The position numbers were made by a program, and so were the translations under genes. Of a stretch of DNA of 64,000 bases, positions 29,301-43,389 are shown piece by piece; position 1 is the first letter of the stretch; every line of letters begins with the position of its first letter. Below the pieces are notes generated by a model. It was not told the origin of the DNA. It saw only the letters and a program-made list of their open reading frames with translations, and did not search any database. Location of the stretch: NCBI RefSeq assembly GCF_009914755.1, contig NC_060933.1; one strand, 5' to 3'. This DNA comes from the human T2T-CHM13v2.0 reference genome, Homo sapiens.

Positions 29301-32300
29301 TGGAATCAACCCGAGTGCAATCGAATGGAATCGAATGGAATGGAATGCAATGGAATGGATTCAACTTGAATGGAATGGAAAGAATGGAATCAACACGAGT
29401 GGAATGACATGGATTGTAATGGAATGGAATGGAATCAACCCGAGTACAGGGGAATGGAATGGAATGGAATGCAATGAAATGGAATCATCCGTAATGGAAT
29501 GGAAAGGAATGGAATGGAATGGAATGGAATGGAATGGAATGGAATCAACTCGATTGCAATCGAATGGAATGGAATGGAATTAACCCGAATAGAATGGAAT
29601 GGAATGGAATGGAACGGAAGGGAATGGAATGGAATGGAACGGAATGGAACGGAAAGGAAGGGAATGGAATGGAATAGAATGGAATGGAATGGAATCAACG
29701 CGAGTGCAGGGGAATGGAATGGAATGGAATGCAATGGAATGGAATCTTCCGGAATGGAATGGAATGGAATGGAATGGAATGGAATGGAATGGAATCAACC
29801 CGAGTGCAATGGAATGGAGTGGAATGGAATGGAATGGAATGGAACAACCCGAATGGAATGGAAAGTAATGGAGAGTAAGGGAGTTGAATAGAATCAATCC
29901 GAATGTAATGGAATGGAATGGAACGGAATGGAATTGAATGGAATGGAATGGAATGCAATGGTATGGAATCAACCCGAGTGCAATGGAATGGAGAGGAATG
30001 GAATGGAATGGAATGGATACTACCCGAATGGAATGGAATGTAATGGAGTGTAAGGGAATTGAATAGAATCAATCCGAATGTAATGGAATGGAATGGAACG
30101 GAATGGAATGGAATGGAATCAACGCGAGTGCAGGGGAATGGAATGGAATGGAATGCAATGGAATGGAATCATCCGTAATGGAATGGAAAGGAATGGAATG
30201 GAATGGAATGGAATGGAATGGAATGGAATGGAATCAACTCGATTGCAATCGAATGGAATGGAATGGAATTAACCCGAATAGAATGGAATGGAATGGAATG
30301 GAACGGAACGGAATGGAATGGAATGGAATGGAATGGAACGGAATGGAATGGAATGGAATGGAATCAACGCGAGTGCAGGGGAATGGAATGGAATGGAATG
30401 TAATGGAATGGAAACTTCCGGAATGGAATGGAATGGAATGGAATGGAATGATATGCAATGGATTCTACTCGATTGCAATGGAATGGAATAGAATGGAATG
30501 AAATGGAATGGAATGCAATTAATCCGAATAGAATGGAATGGAATGGAATGGAATGGAACGGAATGGAACGGAATGGAATGGAATGGAATGGAATGGAATG
30601 GTATGGAATGGAATGGAATGGTACGGAATAGAATGGAATGGAACGAATTGTAATGGAATGGAATTGAATGGAATGGAATGGAATGGAATGGAATGGAATG
30701 GAATCAACGCGAGTGCAGGGGAATGTAATGGAACGGAATGCAATGGAATGGAATCATCCGGAATGGAATGGAATGGAATGGAATGGAATTGAATGGAATC
30801 AACCCGAGTGCAATGGAATGGAGTGGAATGGAATGGAATGGAATGGAACAACCCGAATGGAATGGAATGTAATGGAGAGTAAGGGAGTTGAATAGAATCA
30901 ATCCGAATGTAATGGAATGGAATGCAACGGAATGGAATGGAATGGAATAGAATGGAATGCAATGGAATGGAATCAACCCGAGTACAATGGAATGGAATGG
31001 AATGGAATGGAATGGAATGGAATGGAATGGAATGGAATGATACGGAATAGAATGGAATGGAACGAAATGGAATGGAATGGAAAGGAATGGAATGGAATGG
31101 AATGGAATCGTTCCGAGTGGAATAGGAGGGAAAGTATTCGAGTGGAATGGAAAGGAATGGAATCAACCAGAGTGGAATGGAAGGGAATGGAATGGAATGG
31201 AAACTAATAGAATGGAATCAACCCGAGTGGAATGGAATGGAAAGGACTGGAATGGAATGGAATGGAATGGAATCAACACGATTGTAATGGAATGGAATGG
31301 AATGGAATGGAATGGAATGGAATGGAATTAACCCGAATACAATGGAATGGAATGGAATGGAACGGAATGGAGTGGAATTTAATGGAATCAACCCAAGTGC
31401 AGGGGAATGGAATGGAATGGAATGCAATGGAATGGAATCATCCGGAATGGAATGGAATGGAATGGAATACAAAGCAATGGAATCAACTCGATTGCAATGG
31501 AATGGAATGGAATGGAAAGGAATACATTGGAATCAACCCGAGTGGAATGGAATGGAAAGGACTGGAATGGAGTGGAATGGAATGGAATGGAATCAACTCG
31601 ATTGGAATGGAATGGAATGGAATGGAATGGAATGGAATGGAATGGAATGGAATTAACCCGAATAGAATGGAATGGAATTAAATGGAAAGGAACGGAATGG
31701 AATGGAATGGAATGGAATGGAATGGAATCAACCCGACTGCAGGGGAATGGAATGGAATGGAATGCAATGGAATGGACTCAACTTGAATGGAATGGAAAGA
31801 ATGGAATCAACAAGAGTGGAATGGCATGGATTGCAATGGAATGGAATGGAATCAACCCGAGTACAGGGGAATGGAATGGAATGGAATGCAATGGAATGCA
31901 ATCATCCGTAATGGAATGGAAAGGAATGGGATGGAATGGAATGGAATGGAATAGAATGGAAAGGAATCAACTCGATTTCAATGGAATGGAATGGAATGGA
32001 ATTAACCCGAATAGAATGGAATGGAATGGAATGGAACGGAATGGAACGGAATGGAATGGAATGGAATGGAATGGAATGGAACGGAACGGAACGGAACGGA
32101 ATGGAATGGAATGGAATGGAATGGAATGGAATCAACGCGAGTGCAGGGGAATGGAATGTAATGGAATGCAATGGAATGGAATCTTCCGGAATGGAATGGA
32201 ATGGAATGGAATCAACCCGAGTGCAATGGAATGGAGTGGAATGGAATGGAATGGAATGGAACAACCCGAATGGAATGGAATGTAATGGAGAGTAAGGGAG

Positions 32301-34770
32301 TTGAATAGAATCGATCCGAATGTAATGGAATGGAATGCAACGGAATGGAATGGAATGGAATGGAATGGAATGGAATGGAATGGAATGCAATGGAATGGAA
32401 TCAACCCGAGTACAATGGAATGGAATGGAATGGAATGGAATGGAATGGAATCACCTCGATTTCAATGGAATGGAATGGAATAGAATGGAATGGAATTAAC
32501 ACGAATAGAATGGAAGGGAATGGAATGGAATGGAATGGAACAGAAAGGAATGGAATGGAATGGAATCAACCCAAGTGCAGGGGAATGGAATGGAATGGAA
32601 TTCAATGGAATGGAATCATCCGGAATGGAATGGAATGGAATGGAATGGAATGGAGTGGAATGGAATGGAATCAACCCGTGTGCAATGGAATGGAGAGGAA
32701 TGGAATGGAATGGAATGGAATGGAAACTACCCGAATGGAATGGAATGTAATGGAGTGTAAGGGAATTGATTAGAATGAATCCGAATGGAATGGAATGGAA
32801 TGGAAAGGAATGGAATGGAATGGAATGGAATGGAATAGAATGGAATGCAATGCCATGGAATCAACCCGAGTGCAATCGAATGGAATCGAATGGAATGGAA
32901 TACAATGGAATGGATTCAACATGAATGGAATGGAAAGAATGGAATCAACAGGAGTGGAATGGCATGGATTGGAATGGAATGGAATGGAATCAACCCGAGT
33001 ACAGGGGAATGGAATGGAATGGAATGCAATGGAATGGAATCATCCGTAATGGAATGGAAAGGAATGGAATGGAATGGAATGGAATGCAGTGGAATGGAAT
33101 GGAATCAACTCGATAGCAATCGAATGGAATGGAATGGAATTAACCCGAATAGAATCTACTGGAATGGAATGGAACGGAAAGGAACGGAATGGAATGGAAT
33201 GGAATGGAATGGAATGGAACGGAAAGGAATGGAATGGAATGGAATGGAATGGAATGGAATGGAATGGAATCAACGCGAGTGCAGGGGAATGGAATGGAAT
33301 GGAATGCAATGGAATGGAATCTTGCGGAATGGAATGGAATGGAATGGAATCAACCCGAGTGCAATGGAATGGAGTGGAATGGAATGGAATGGAATGGAAC
33401 AACCCGAATAGAATGGAATGTAATGGAGAGTAAGGGAGTTGAATAGAATCAATCCGAATGTAATGGAATGGAATGGAACGGAATGGAAATGAATGGAATG
33501 GAATGGAATGGAATGGAATGGAATCAACTCGATTGCAATCGAATGGAATGGAATGGAATTAACCCAAATAGAATGGAATGTTATGGAATGGAACGGAACG
33601 GAATGGAATGGAATGGAATGGAATGGAATGGAATGGAACGGAACGGAACGGAACGGAACGGAATGGAACGGAATGGAATGGAATGGAATGGAATCAATGC
33701 GAGTGCAGGGGAATGGAATGGAATGGAATGCAATGGAATGGAATCATCCGGAATGGAATGGAATGGAATGGAATGGAATGGAATGGAATGGAATGGAATA
33801 GAATGCAATGGAATGGAATCAACCCGAGTACAATGGAATGGAATGGAATGGAATGGAACGGATTGGAATGGAATGGAATGGAATGGAATGGAATGGAATG
33901 GAAAGAATGGAATCAACCCGAGTGGAATGGCATGGAATGGAATGCAAAGGAATGGAATGGAATGGAATCAACTCGAGTGGAAAGGAATGGAATGGAATGG
34001 AAAGGAATGGAATGAAGTCAACTCGAGTGGAATGGAATGGAATGGAATGGATTGGAATGGATTGCAATGGAATGAAATGGAATGGAATGGAATGGAATCA
34101 ATCATTGCGAGTGGAATGGAAGGGAATGTATTGGAGTGGAAAGAAGGGAATGGAATCAACCCGAGTGGAATGCAAGGCAACGGAATGGAATGGAAAGGAA
34201 TGGAATGGAATCAACTCGATTGCAATCGCATGGAATGGAATGGAATGGAATGGAAAGGAATGGAATGGAATGAAATGGGATGGAATGGAATGCAATGGAA
34301 TGGAATCAACCCGAGTGCAATCGAATGGAATCGAATGGAATGGAATGCAATGGAATGGATTCAACTTGAATGGAATGGAAAGAATGGAATCAACACGAGT
34401 GGAATGGCATGGATTGGAATGGAATGGAATGGAATCAACCCGAGTACAGGGGAATGGAATGGAATGGAATGCAATGGAATGGAATCATCCGTAATGGAAA
34501 GGAAAGGAATGGAATGGAATGGAGTGGAATGGAATGGAATAGAATCAACTCGATTGCAATCGAATGGAATGGAATGGAATTAACCCGAATAGAATGGAAT
34601 GGAATGGAATGGAACGGAACGCAACGGAACGGAATGGAATGGAATGGAATGGAATGGAATGGAACGGAAAGGAATGGAATGGAATGGAATGGAATGGAAT
34701 GGAATGGAATGGAATGGAATGGAATCAACGCGAGTGCAGGGGAATGGAATGTAATGGAATGTAATGGAAT

Positions 34771-34785
34771 GGAATCTTCCGGAAT
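34771..34785. promoter_or_regulatory. Perfect heat-shock element nearest the junction on the left
   Basis: gGAAtcTTCcgGAAt, about 380 bp from the strand switch. Confidence 0.55.
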
Positions 34786-35145
34786 GGAATGGAATGGAAT
34801 GGAATCAACCCGAGTGCAATGGAATGGAGTGGAATGGAATGGAATGGAATGGAACAACCTGAATGGAATCGAATGTAATGGAGAGTAAGGGAGTTGAATA
34901 GAATCAATCCGAATGTAATGGAATGGAATGGAACGGAATGGAATTGAATGGAATGGAATGGAATGCAATGGAATGGAATCAACCCGAGTGCAATGGAATG
35001 GAGAGGAGGGGAATGGAATGGAGTGGAAACTACCCGAATGGAATGGAATGTAATGGAGTGTAAGGGAATTGAATAGAATCAATCCGAATGTAATGGAATG
35101 GAATGGAACGGAATGGAATGGAATGGAATGGAATGGAAAGAAGGG

Positions 35146-35173
35146 AATGGAATCATCCCGAGTTGATTCCATT
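35146..35173. other. Strand-switch (inversion) junction within the satellite
   Basis: AATGGAATCA-TCCCGAGT-TGATTCCATT: GGAAT repeats end and ATTCC repeats begin with no non-satellite spacer. CGAGT (35159-35163) fits both orientations. Confidence 0.95.
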
Positions 35174-37329
35174 GCTTTGCATTCCGTTCCATTCCATTCC
35201 TTTTCATTGTATTCGGGTTAATTCCATTGCATTCCATTCCATTCCTTTCCATTCCATTCCATTCCATTACAATGGAGTTGATTCCATTCCATTCCATTCC
35301 ATTCCATTCCATTCCAGTCCTTTCCATTCCATTCCACTCGGGTTGATTCCATTCTATTAGTTTCCATTCCATTCCATTCCCTTCCATTGCACTCTGGTTG
35401 ATTCCATTCCTTTCCATTTCACTCGAATACATTCCCTCCTATTCCACTCGGAACGATTCCATTCCATTCCGTTCCATTCCATTCCATTCCATTCCATTCC
35501 ATTCCATTCCATTTCGTTCCATTCCATTCTATTCCGTAGCATTCCATTCCATTCCATTCCATTCCATTCGATTCCATTCCACTCGTGTTGAATACATTCC
35601 TTTCCATTCCATTCAGTTTGAAGGCATTCCATTCCATTCAATTCCATTCCATTCCATTCCATTCCATTCCATTCCATTCCATTCCATTCCATTCCATTGT
35701 ACTCGGGTTGATTCCATTCCATTGCATTCTATTCCATTCCATTCCATTTCATTCCATTCCATTCCATTCCATTCCATTCCGGATGATTCCATTCCATTGC
35801 ATTCCATTCCATTCCATTCCCCTGCACTCGGGTTGATTACATTCCATTCCCTTCCCTTCCATTCCTTTCCATTCCATTCCATTCCATTCTATTCGGGTGA
35901 ATTCCATTCCATTCCATTCCATTCCATTCCATTCCATTCCATTGCAATCGAGTTGATTCCATTACATTCCATTCCATTCCGTTCCGGATGATTCCATTCC
36001 ATTGCATTGCATTCCATTCCATTCCCCTGCAGTCGGTTTGATTCCATTCCATTCCATTCCATTCCATTCCATTCTATTCCATTCCGTTCCATTCCATTGC
36101 ATTCCATTCTATTCGGGTTAATTCCATTCCATTCCTTTCCATTCCATTCCAATCGAGTTAATTCCATTCCATTGCATTCCATTCCACTCCATTCCAGTCC
36201 TTTCCATTCCATTCCACTCGGGTTGATTCCATTCTATTCCTTTCCATTCCATTCCATTGCAATAGAGTTGATTCCATTGCATTGCATTCCATTCCATTCC
36301 ATTCCATTCCGGATGATTCCATTCCATTGCATTCCATTCCATTCCATTCCCCTGCACTCGGGTTGATTCCATTCCATTCCACTCCATTCCGTTCCATTGC
36401 ATTCCATTCCATTGTATTCGGGTTAATTCCATTCCATTCCATTACATTCCATTCCATTCCATTCCATTACAATCGAGTTGATTCCATTCCATTCCATTCC
36501 ATTCCATTCCATTCCATTCCTTTCCATTCCATTCCACTCGGGTTGATTCCAGTCTATTAGTTTTCATTCCATTCCATTCCCTTCCATTCCACTCTGGTTG
36601 ATTCCATTCCTTTCCATTCCACTCGAATACATTCCCTCCTATTCCCTCGGAACAATTCCATTCCATACCATTGCATTCTATTCCATTCCATTTCGTTCCA
36701 TTCCATTCTATTCCATTCCGTTCCGTTCCGTTCCATTCCATTCCATTTCATTCTATTCGGGTTAATTCCATTCCATTCCATTCGATTGCAATCGAGTTGA
36801 TTCCATTCCATTCTATTCCATTCCATTCCATTCCTTTCCATTCCATTACGGATGATTCCATTCCATTGCATTCCATTCCATTCCATTCCCCTGTACTCGG
36901 GTTGATTCCATTCCATTCCATTCCATTCAATTCCATTCCATTCCATTCCGTTCCGTTCCATTCCATTCCATTACAATCGAGTTGATTCCATTCCATTCCA
37001 TTCCATTCCAGTCCTTTCCATTCCATTCCACTCGGGTTGATTCCATTCTATTAGTTTCCATTCCATTCCATTCCCTTCCATTCCACTCTGGTTGATTCCA
37101 TTCCTTTCCATTCCACTCGAATACATTTCCTCCTATTCCACTCGGAACGATTCCATTCCATTCCATTCCATTCCATTCCATTCCATTCCATTTCGTTCCA
37201 TTCCATTCTATTCCGTATCATTCCATTCCATTCCACTCCACTCCATTCCATTCCATTGTACTCGGGTTGATTCCATTCCACTGCATTCCATTCCATTCCA
37301 TTGCATTCCATTCCGTTGCATTCCAATCC

Positions 37330-39180
37330 ATGCCCTTCCACTCGTGTTGATTCCATTCTTTCCATTCCATTCAAGTTGAATCCATTCCATTGCATTCCAT
37401 TCCATTCGATTCCATTTCGATTGCACTCGGGTTGATTCCATTCCATTGCATTCCATTCCATTCCATTCCATTCCATTCCATTCCATTCCGTTCCATTCCA
37501 TTCCATTACATTCGGATTGATTCTATTCAATTCCCTTACACTCCATTACATTCCATTCCATTCGGGTAGTTTCCATTCCATTCCATTCCATTCCTCTCCA
37601 TTCCATTGCACTCGGGTTGATTCCATTCCATTGCATTCCATTCCATTCCATTCAATTCCATTCCGTTCCATTCCATTCCATTACATTCGGATTGATTCTA
37701 TTCAACTCCCTTACTCTCCGTTACATTCCATTCCATTCGGGTTGTTCCATTCCATTCCATTCCATTCCACTCCATTCCATTGCACTCGGGTTTATTCCAT
37801 TCCATTCCATTCCATTCCATTCCATTCCATTCCATTCCATTCCTGAAGATTCCATTCCATTGCATTCCATTCCATTCCATTCCCCTGCACTCGCGTTGAT
37901 TCCATTGCATTCCATTCCTTTCCATTCCGTTCCATTCCATTCCTTTCCGTTCCGTTCCATTCCATTCCATTCCATTCCGTTCCGTTCCGTTCCGTTCCAT
38001 TCCATTCCATTCCATTCTATTCAGGTTAATTCCATTCCATTCCATTCGACTGCAATCGAGTTGATTCCATTCCATTCCATTCCATTCCATTCCATTCCAT
38101 TCCATTCCATTCCATTGCTTTCCATTCCATTACGGATGATTCCATTCCATTGCATTCCATTCCATTCCATTCCCCTGTACTCGGGTTGATTCCATTCCAT
38201 TCCATTCCATTCCAATCCATGCCATTCCACTCGTGTTGATTCCACTCTTTCCATTCCATTCAAGTTGAATCCATTCCATTGCATTCCATTCCATTCGATT
38301 CCATTCGATTGCACTCAGGTTGATTCCATTCCATTGCATTCCATTCCATTCAATTCCATTCCATTCCATTCCATTCCGTTCCATTCCATTCCATTACATT
38401 CGGATTGATTCTATTCAATTCCCTTACACTCCATTACATTCCATTCCATTCGGGAAGTTTCCATTCCATTCCATTCCATTCCTCTCCATTCCATTGCACT
38501 CGGGTTGATTCCATTCCATTGCATTCCATTCCATTCCATTCAATTCCATTCCGTTCCATTCCATTCCATTACATTCGGATTGATTCTATTCAACTCCCTT
38601 ACTCTCCGTTACATTCCATTCCATTCGGGTTGTTCCATTCCATTCCATTCCATTCCACTCCATTCCATTGCACTCGGGTTTATTCCATTCCATTCCATTC
38701 CATTCCATTCCATTCCATTCCATTCCATTCCTGAAGATTCCATTCCATTGCATTCCATTCCATTCCATTCCCCTGCACTCGCGTTGATTCCATTGCATTC
38801 CATTCCATTCCATTCCGTTCCATTCCATTCCTTTCCGTTCCGTTCCATTCCATTCCATTCCATTCCATTCCGTTCCGTTCCGTTCCGTTCCATTCCATTC
38901 CATTCCATTCTATTCAGGTTAATTCCATTCCATTCCATTCGACTGCAATCGAGTTGATTCCATTCCATTCCATTCCATTCCATTCCATTCCATTCCATTG
39001 CTTTCCATTCCATTACGGATGTTTCCATTCCATTGCATTCCATTCCATTCCATTCCCCTGTACTCGGGTTGATTCCATTCCATTCCATTCCAATCCATGC
39101 CTTTCCACTCGTGTTGACTCCACTCTTTCCATTCCATTCAAGTTGAATCCATTCCATTGCATTCCATTCCATTCCATTCC
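37330..39180 (-). repeat. Tandem duplication, period 888 bp
   Basis: Shared rare variants CCTGAAG 37842/38730, TTCAGGTTAA, CGACTGCAAT and CCACTCTTT. Identical ORFs 37517..37846 and 38405..38734. Confidence 0.88.
37839..37853. promoter_or_regulatory. Perfect heat-shock element nearest the junction on the right
   Basis: aTTCctGAAgaTTCc matches nTTCnnGAAnnTTCn. Confidence 0.55.
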
Positions 39181-42100
39181 CCTGCAGTCGGGTTGATTCC
39201 ATTCCATTCAATTCCATTCCATTCCATTCCATTCCATTCCGTTCCGTTCCGTTCCATTCCATTCCATTCCATTCCATTCTATTCGGGTTAATTCCATTCC
39301 ATTCCATTCCATTCCATTCCATTCCATTCCAATCGAGTTGATTCCATTCCATTTCATTCCATTCCATTCCACTCCATTCCTTTCCATTCCAATCCATTCC
39401 ATTGTATTCGGGTTAATTCCATTCCATTCCATTCCATTCCATCACAATCGAGTTGGTTCCATTCCATTCCATACCATTCCATTCCATTCCATTCCATTCC
39501 ATTCCGGATGATTCCATTCCATTACATTCTCTTCCATTATATTCCCCTGCACTCGGGTTGATTCCATTCCATTCCATTCCATTCGATTCCATTCCATTCC
39601 AATTCTTTCCATTCCATTCTATTCCGTACCATTCCATTCCATTCCATACCATTCCATTCCATTCCATTCCATTCCATTCCATTCCATTCCGTTCCGTTCC
39701 GTTCCATTCCATTCCACTCCATTTTATTCGGGTTAATTGCATTCCATTCCATTCGATTCCATTCCATTCTATTCCATTCCATTGCAATCGAGTTGAATCC
39801 ATTGCATTCCATTCCATTCCATTCCGGAAGATTCCATTCCATTGCATTCCATTCCATTCCATTCCCCTGCACTCGCTTTGATTCCATTCCATTCCATTCC
39901 ATTCCGTTCCGTTCCGTTCCGTTCCGTTCCGTTCCATTCCATTCCATTCTATTCGGTTTAATTCCATTCCATTCCATTGGATTGCAATCGAGTTGATTCC
40001 ATTCCATTCCATTCCATTCCATTCCATTCCATTCCATTCCTTTCCATTCCATTACGGATGATTCCATTCCACTGCATTACATTCCATTCCATTCCCTTGT
40101 ACTCGGGTTGATTCCATTCCATTCCATTCCATTCCATTCTATTCCATTCCATTCCATTCCGGAAGATTCCATTCCATTGCATTCCCCTGCACTCACGTTG
40201 ATTCCATTCCATTCCATTCCATTCCATTCCATTCCATTCCGTTCCGTTCCGTTCCGTTCCATTCCATTCCATTCCATTCTATTCGGGTTAATTCCATTCC
40301 ATTCTATTCGATTGCCATCGAGTTGATTCCATTCCATTCCATTCCATTCCATTCCATTCCATTCCATTCCATTCCTTTCCATTCCATTACGGATCACTCC
40401 ATTCCGTTGCATTCCATTCCATTCCATTCCCCTGTACTCGGGTTGATTCCATTCCATTCCATTCCACTCCATTCGGTTCCGTTGCATTCCATTCTATTGC
40501 ATTCCATTCTATTCGGGTTAATTCCATTCCATTCTATTCCATTCCATTCCATTGCATTCCATTGCAATGGAGTTGATTCCATTCCATTCCATTCCATTCC
40601 GGATGATTCCATTCCATTGCATTCCATTCCATTCCATTCCCCTGCACTCGTGTTGATTCCATTCCCTTCCATTCCATTCCATTCCATTCCATTCTATTCC
40701 GATTAATTCCATTCCATTCCATTCCATTCCATTCCATTCCATTGCAATCGAGTTGATTCCATTCCATTCCTTTCCATTCCATTCCATTGCCTTGCATTAC
40801 ACTCGGGTAGATTCCATTCCCTTCTTTCCACTCCATTACATTCCCTTCCATTCCACTCGGAATGATTGATTCCATTCCATTCCATTCCATTTCATTCCAT
40901 TGCAATCCATTCCAATCCATTCCATTCCATTCCATTCCACTCGAGATGACTTCATTCCATTCCTTTCTATTCCATTCCATTCCATTCCTTTCCACTCGAG
41001 TTGATTCCATTCCATTCCAATCCATTGCATTCCATTCCATGCCATTCCACTCGGGTTGATTCCATTCCTTTGCATTCCATTCCATTCCATTCCATTGCAT
41101 TCCATTCCATTCCAATCCGTTGCATTCCATTCCATTACATTCGGATTGATTCTATTGAACTCCCTTACTCTCCATTACATTCCATTCCATTCGGGTTGTT
41201 CCATTCCATTCCATTCCATTCCACTCCATTCCATTGCACTCGGGTTGATTCCATTCCATTCCATTCCATTCCATGCCATTCCGGATGATTCCATTCCATT
41301 GCATTCCGTTCCATTACATTCCCCTGCACTCGGGTTGATACCATTCCATTCCATTCCATTCCATTCCGGATGATTCCATTCCATTGCATTCCATTCCATT
41401 CCATTCCCATGCACTCGGGTTGATTACATTCCATTTCCTTCCCTTCCATTCCTTTCCATTCCATTCCATTCCATTCTATTCGGGTGTATTCCATTCCATT
41501 CCATTCCATTCCACTCCATTCCATTCCATTCCATTCTATTCCATTCCATTGGAATCGAGTTGATTCCATTCTATTCCATTCCATTCCGTTCCAGATGATT
41601 CCATTCCATTCCATTCCATTCCATTCCATTCCATTCCATTCCATTCCCCTGCACTCGGGTTGATTCCATTCCATTCCATTCCATTCCATTCCATTCCATT
41701 CCGTTCCGTTCCATTCCATTCCACTCCATTCTATTCGGGTTAATTCCATTCCATTCCATTCCATTCCATTCCATTCCAATCGAGTTGATTCCATTCCATT
41801 CCATTCCATTCCATTCCATTCCACTCCATTTCAGTGCTTTCCTTTCCATTACACTCGGGTTGATTCCATTCTATTCCTTTAAACTCCTTTCCATTCCATT
41901 GCAATCGAGTTAACTCCATTGCTTTGCATTCCATTCCATTCCATTCCATTCCATTCCGGATGATTCCTTTCCATTGCATTCCATTCCATTCCATTCCCCT
42001 GCACTCGGGTTGATTCCATTCCATTCCACTCCATTCCGTTCCATTCCATTCCATTCCATTTTATTCGGGTTAATTCCATTCCATTCCATTCCATTCCATT

Positions 42101-43389
42101 CCATTCCATTCCATTACAATCGAGTTTATTCCATTCCATTCCATTCCATTCCATTCCATTCCAGTCTTTTCCATTCCATTCCACTCGGGTTGATTCCATT
42201 CTATTAGTTTCCATTCCATTCCATTCCCTTCCATTCCACTCTGGTTGATTGCATTCCTTTCCATTCCACTCGAATACATTCCCTCCTATTCCACTCGGAA
42301 CGATTCCATTCCATTCTATTCCATTCCATTCCATTCCATTCCATTCCAGTTCGTTCCATTCCATTCTATTACGTACCATTCCATTCCATTCCATTCCTTT
42401 CCATTCCATTGCTTTCCACTCGTGTTGATTCCATTCCTTTCCATTCCATTCGGTTTGAAGGCATTCCATTCCAGTCCATTCCATTACATTACATTCCATT
42501 GCGTTCCGTTCCGTTCCATTCAATTCCATTCCATTCCATTCCATTCCATTCCATTCCGTTCCGTTGCATTCCATTCCATTCCATTCTATTCGGGTTAATT
42601 CCATTCGATTCCATTCGATTGCCATCGAGTTGATTCCATTCCATTCCATTCCATTCCATTCCATTCCATTCCATTCCTTTCCATTCCATTACGGATGACT
42701 CCATTCCATTGCATTCCATTCCATTCCATTCCCCTGTACTCGGGTTGATTCCATTCCATTCCATTCCACTCCATTCGGTTCCGTTGCATTCCATTCTATT
42801 GCATTCCATTCTATTCGGGTTAATTCCATTCCATTCTATTCCATTCCATTCCATTCCATTCCATTGCAATGGAGTTGATTCCATTCCATTCCATTCCATT
42901 CCGGATGATTCCATTCCATTGCATTCCATTCCATTCCATTCCCCTGCACTCGTGTTCAGTCCATTCCGTTCCATTCCATTCCATTCCATTCTATTCCGGT
43001 TAATTCCATTCCATTCCATTCCATTCCATTCCGGATGATTCCATTCCATTGCATTCCGTTCCATTACATTCCCCTGCACTCGCGTTGATTCCATTCCATT
43101 CCATTCCATTCCATTCAATTCCATTCCATTACAATTCTTTCCATTCCATTCTATTCCGTACCATTCCATTCCATTCCATACCATTCCATTCCATTCCATT
43201 CCGTTCCATTCCATTCCATTCCATTCCATTCTATTCGGGTTAATTCCATTCCATTCCATTCGATTGCAATCTTGTTGATTCCATTCCATTCCATTCCATT
43301 CCATTCCTTTCCATTCCATTACGGATGATTCCATTCCATTGCATTCCATTCCATTCCATTCCCCTGTACTCGGGTTGATTCCATTCCAC

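Larger units (their letters stand above)
1..35163 (+). repeat. Human satellite 3 (HSat3/SatIII) array, G-rich (GGAAT)n strand on +
   Basis: Continuous GGAAT pentamers with the classical satellite 3 decamer CAACCCGAGT and related words. It lacks the dense CATTCGATTC/GATGATT pattern of HSat2. Confidence 0.97.

Noticed and set aside
1-35150. G-quadruplexes at CAGGGG words
   Set aside because: The G-runs are isolated and far apart, not four closely spaced G3 tracts.
35079-35432. ORFs crossing the junction (35079..35432 - and 35103..35360 +)
   Set aside because: Chimeric MEWNG/IPFHS translations expected from the strand switch, with no coding evidence.
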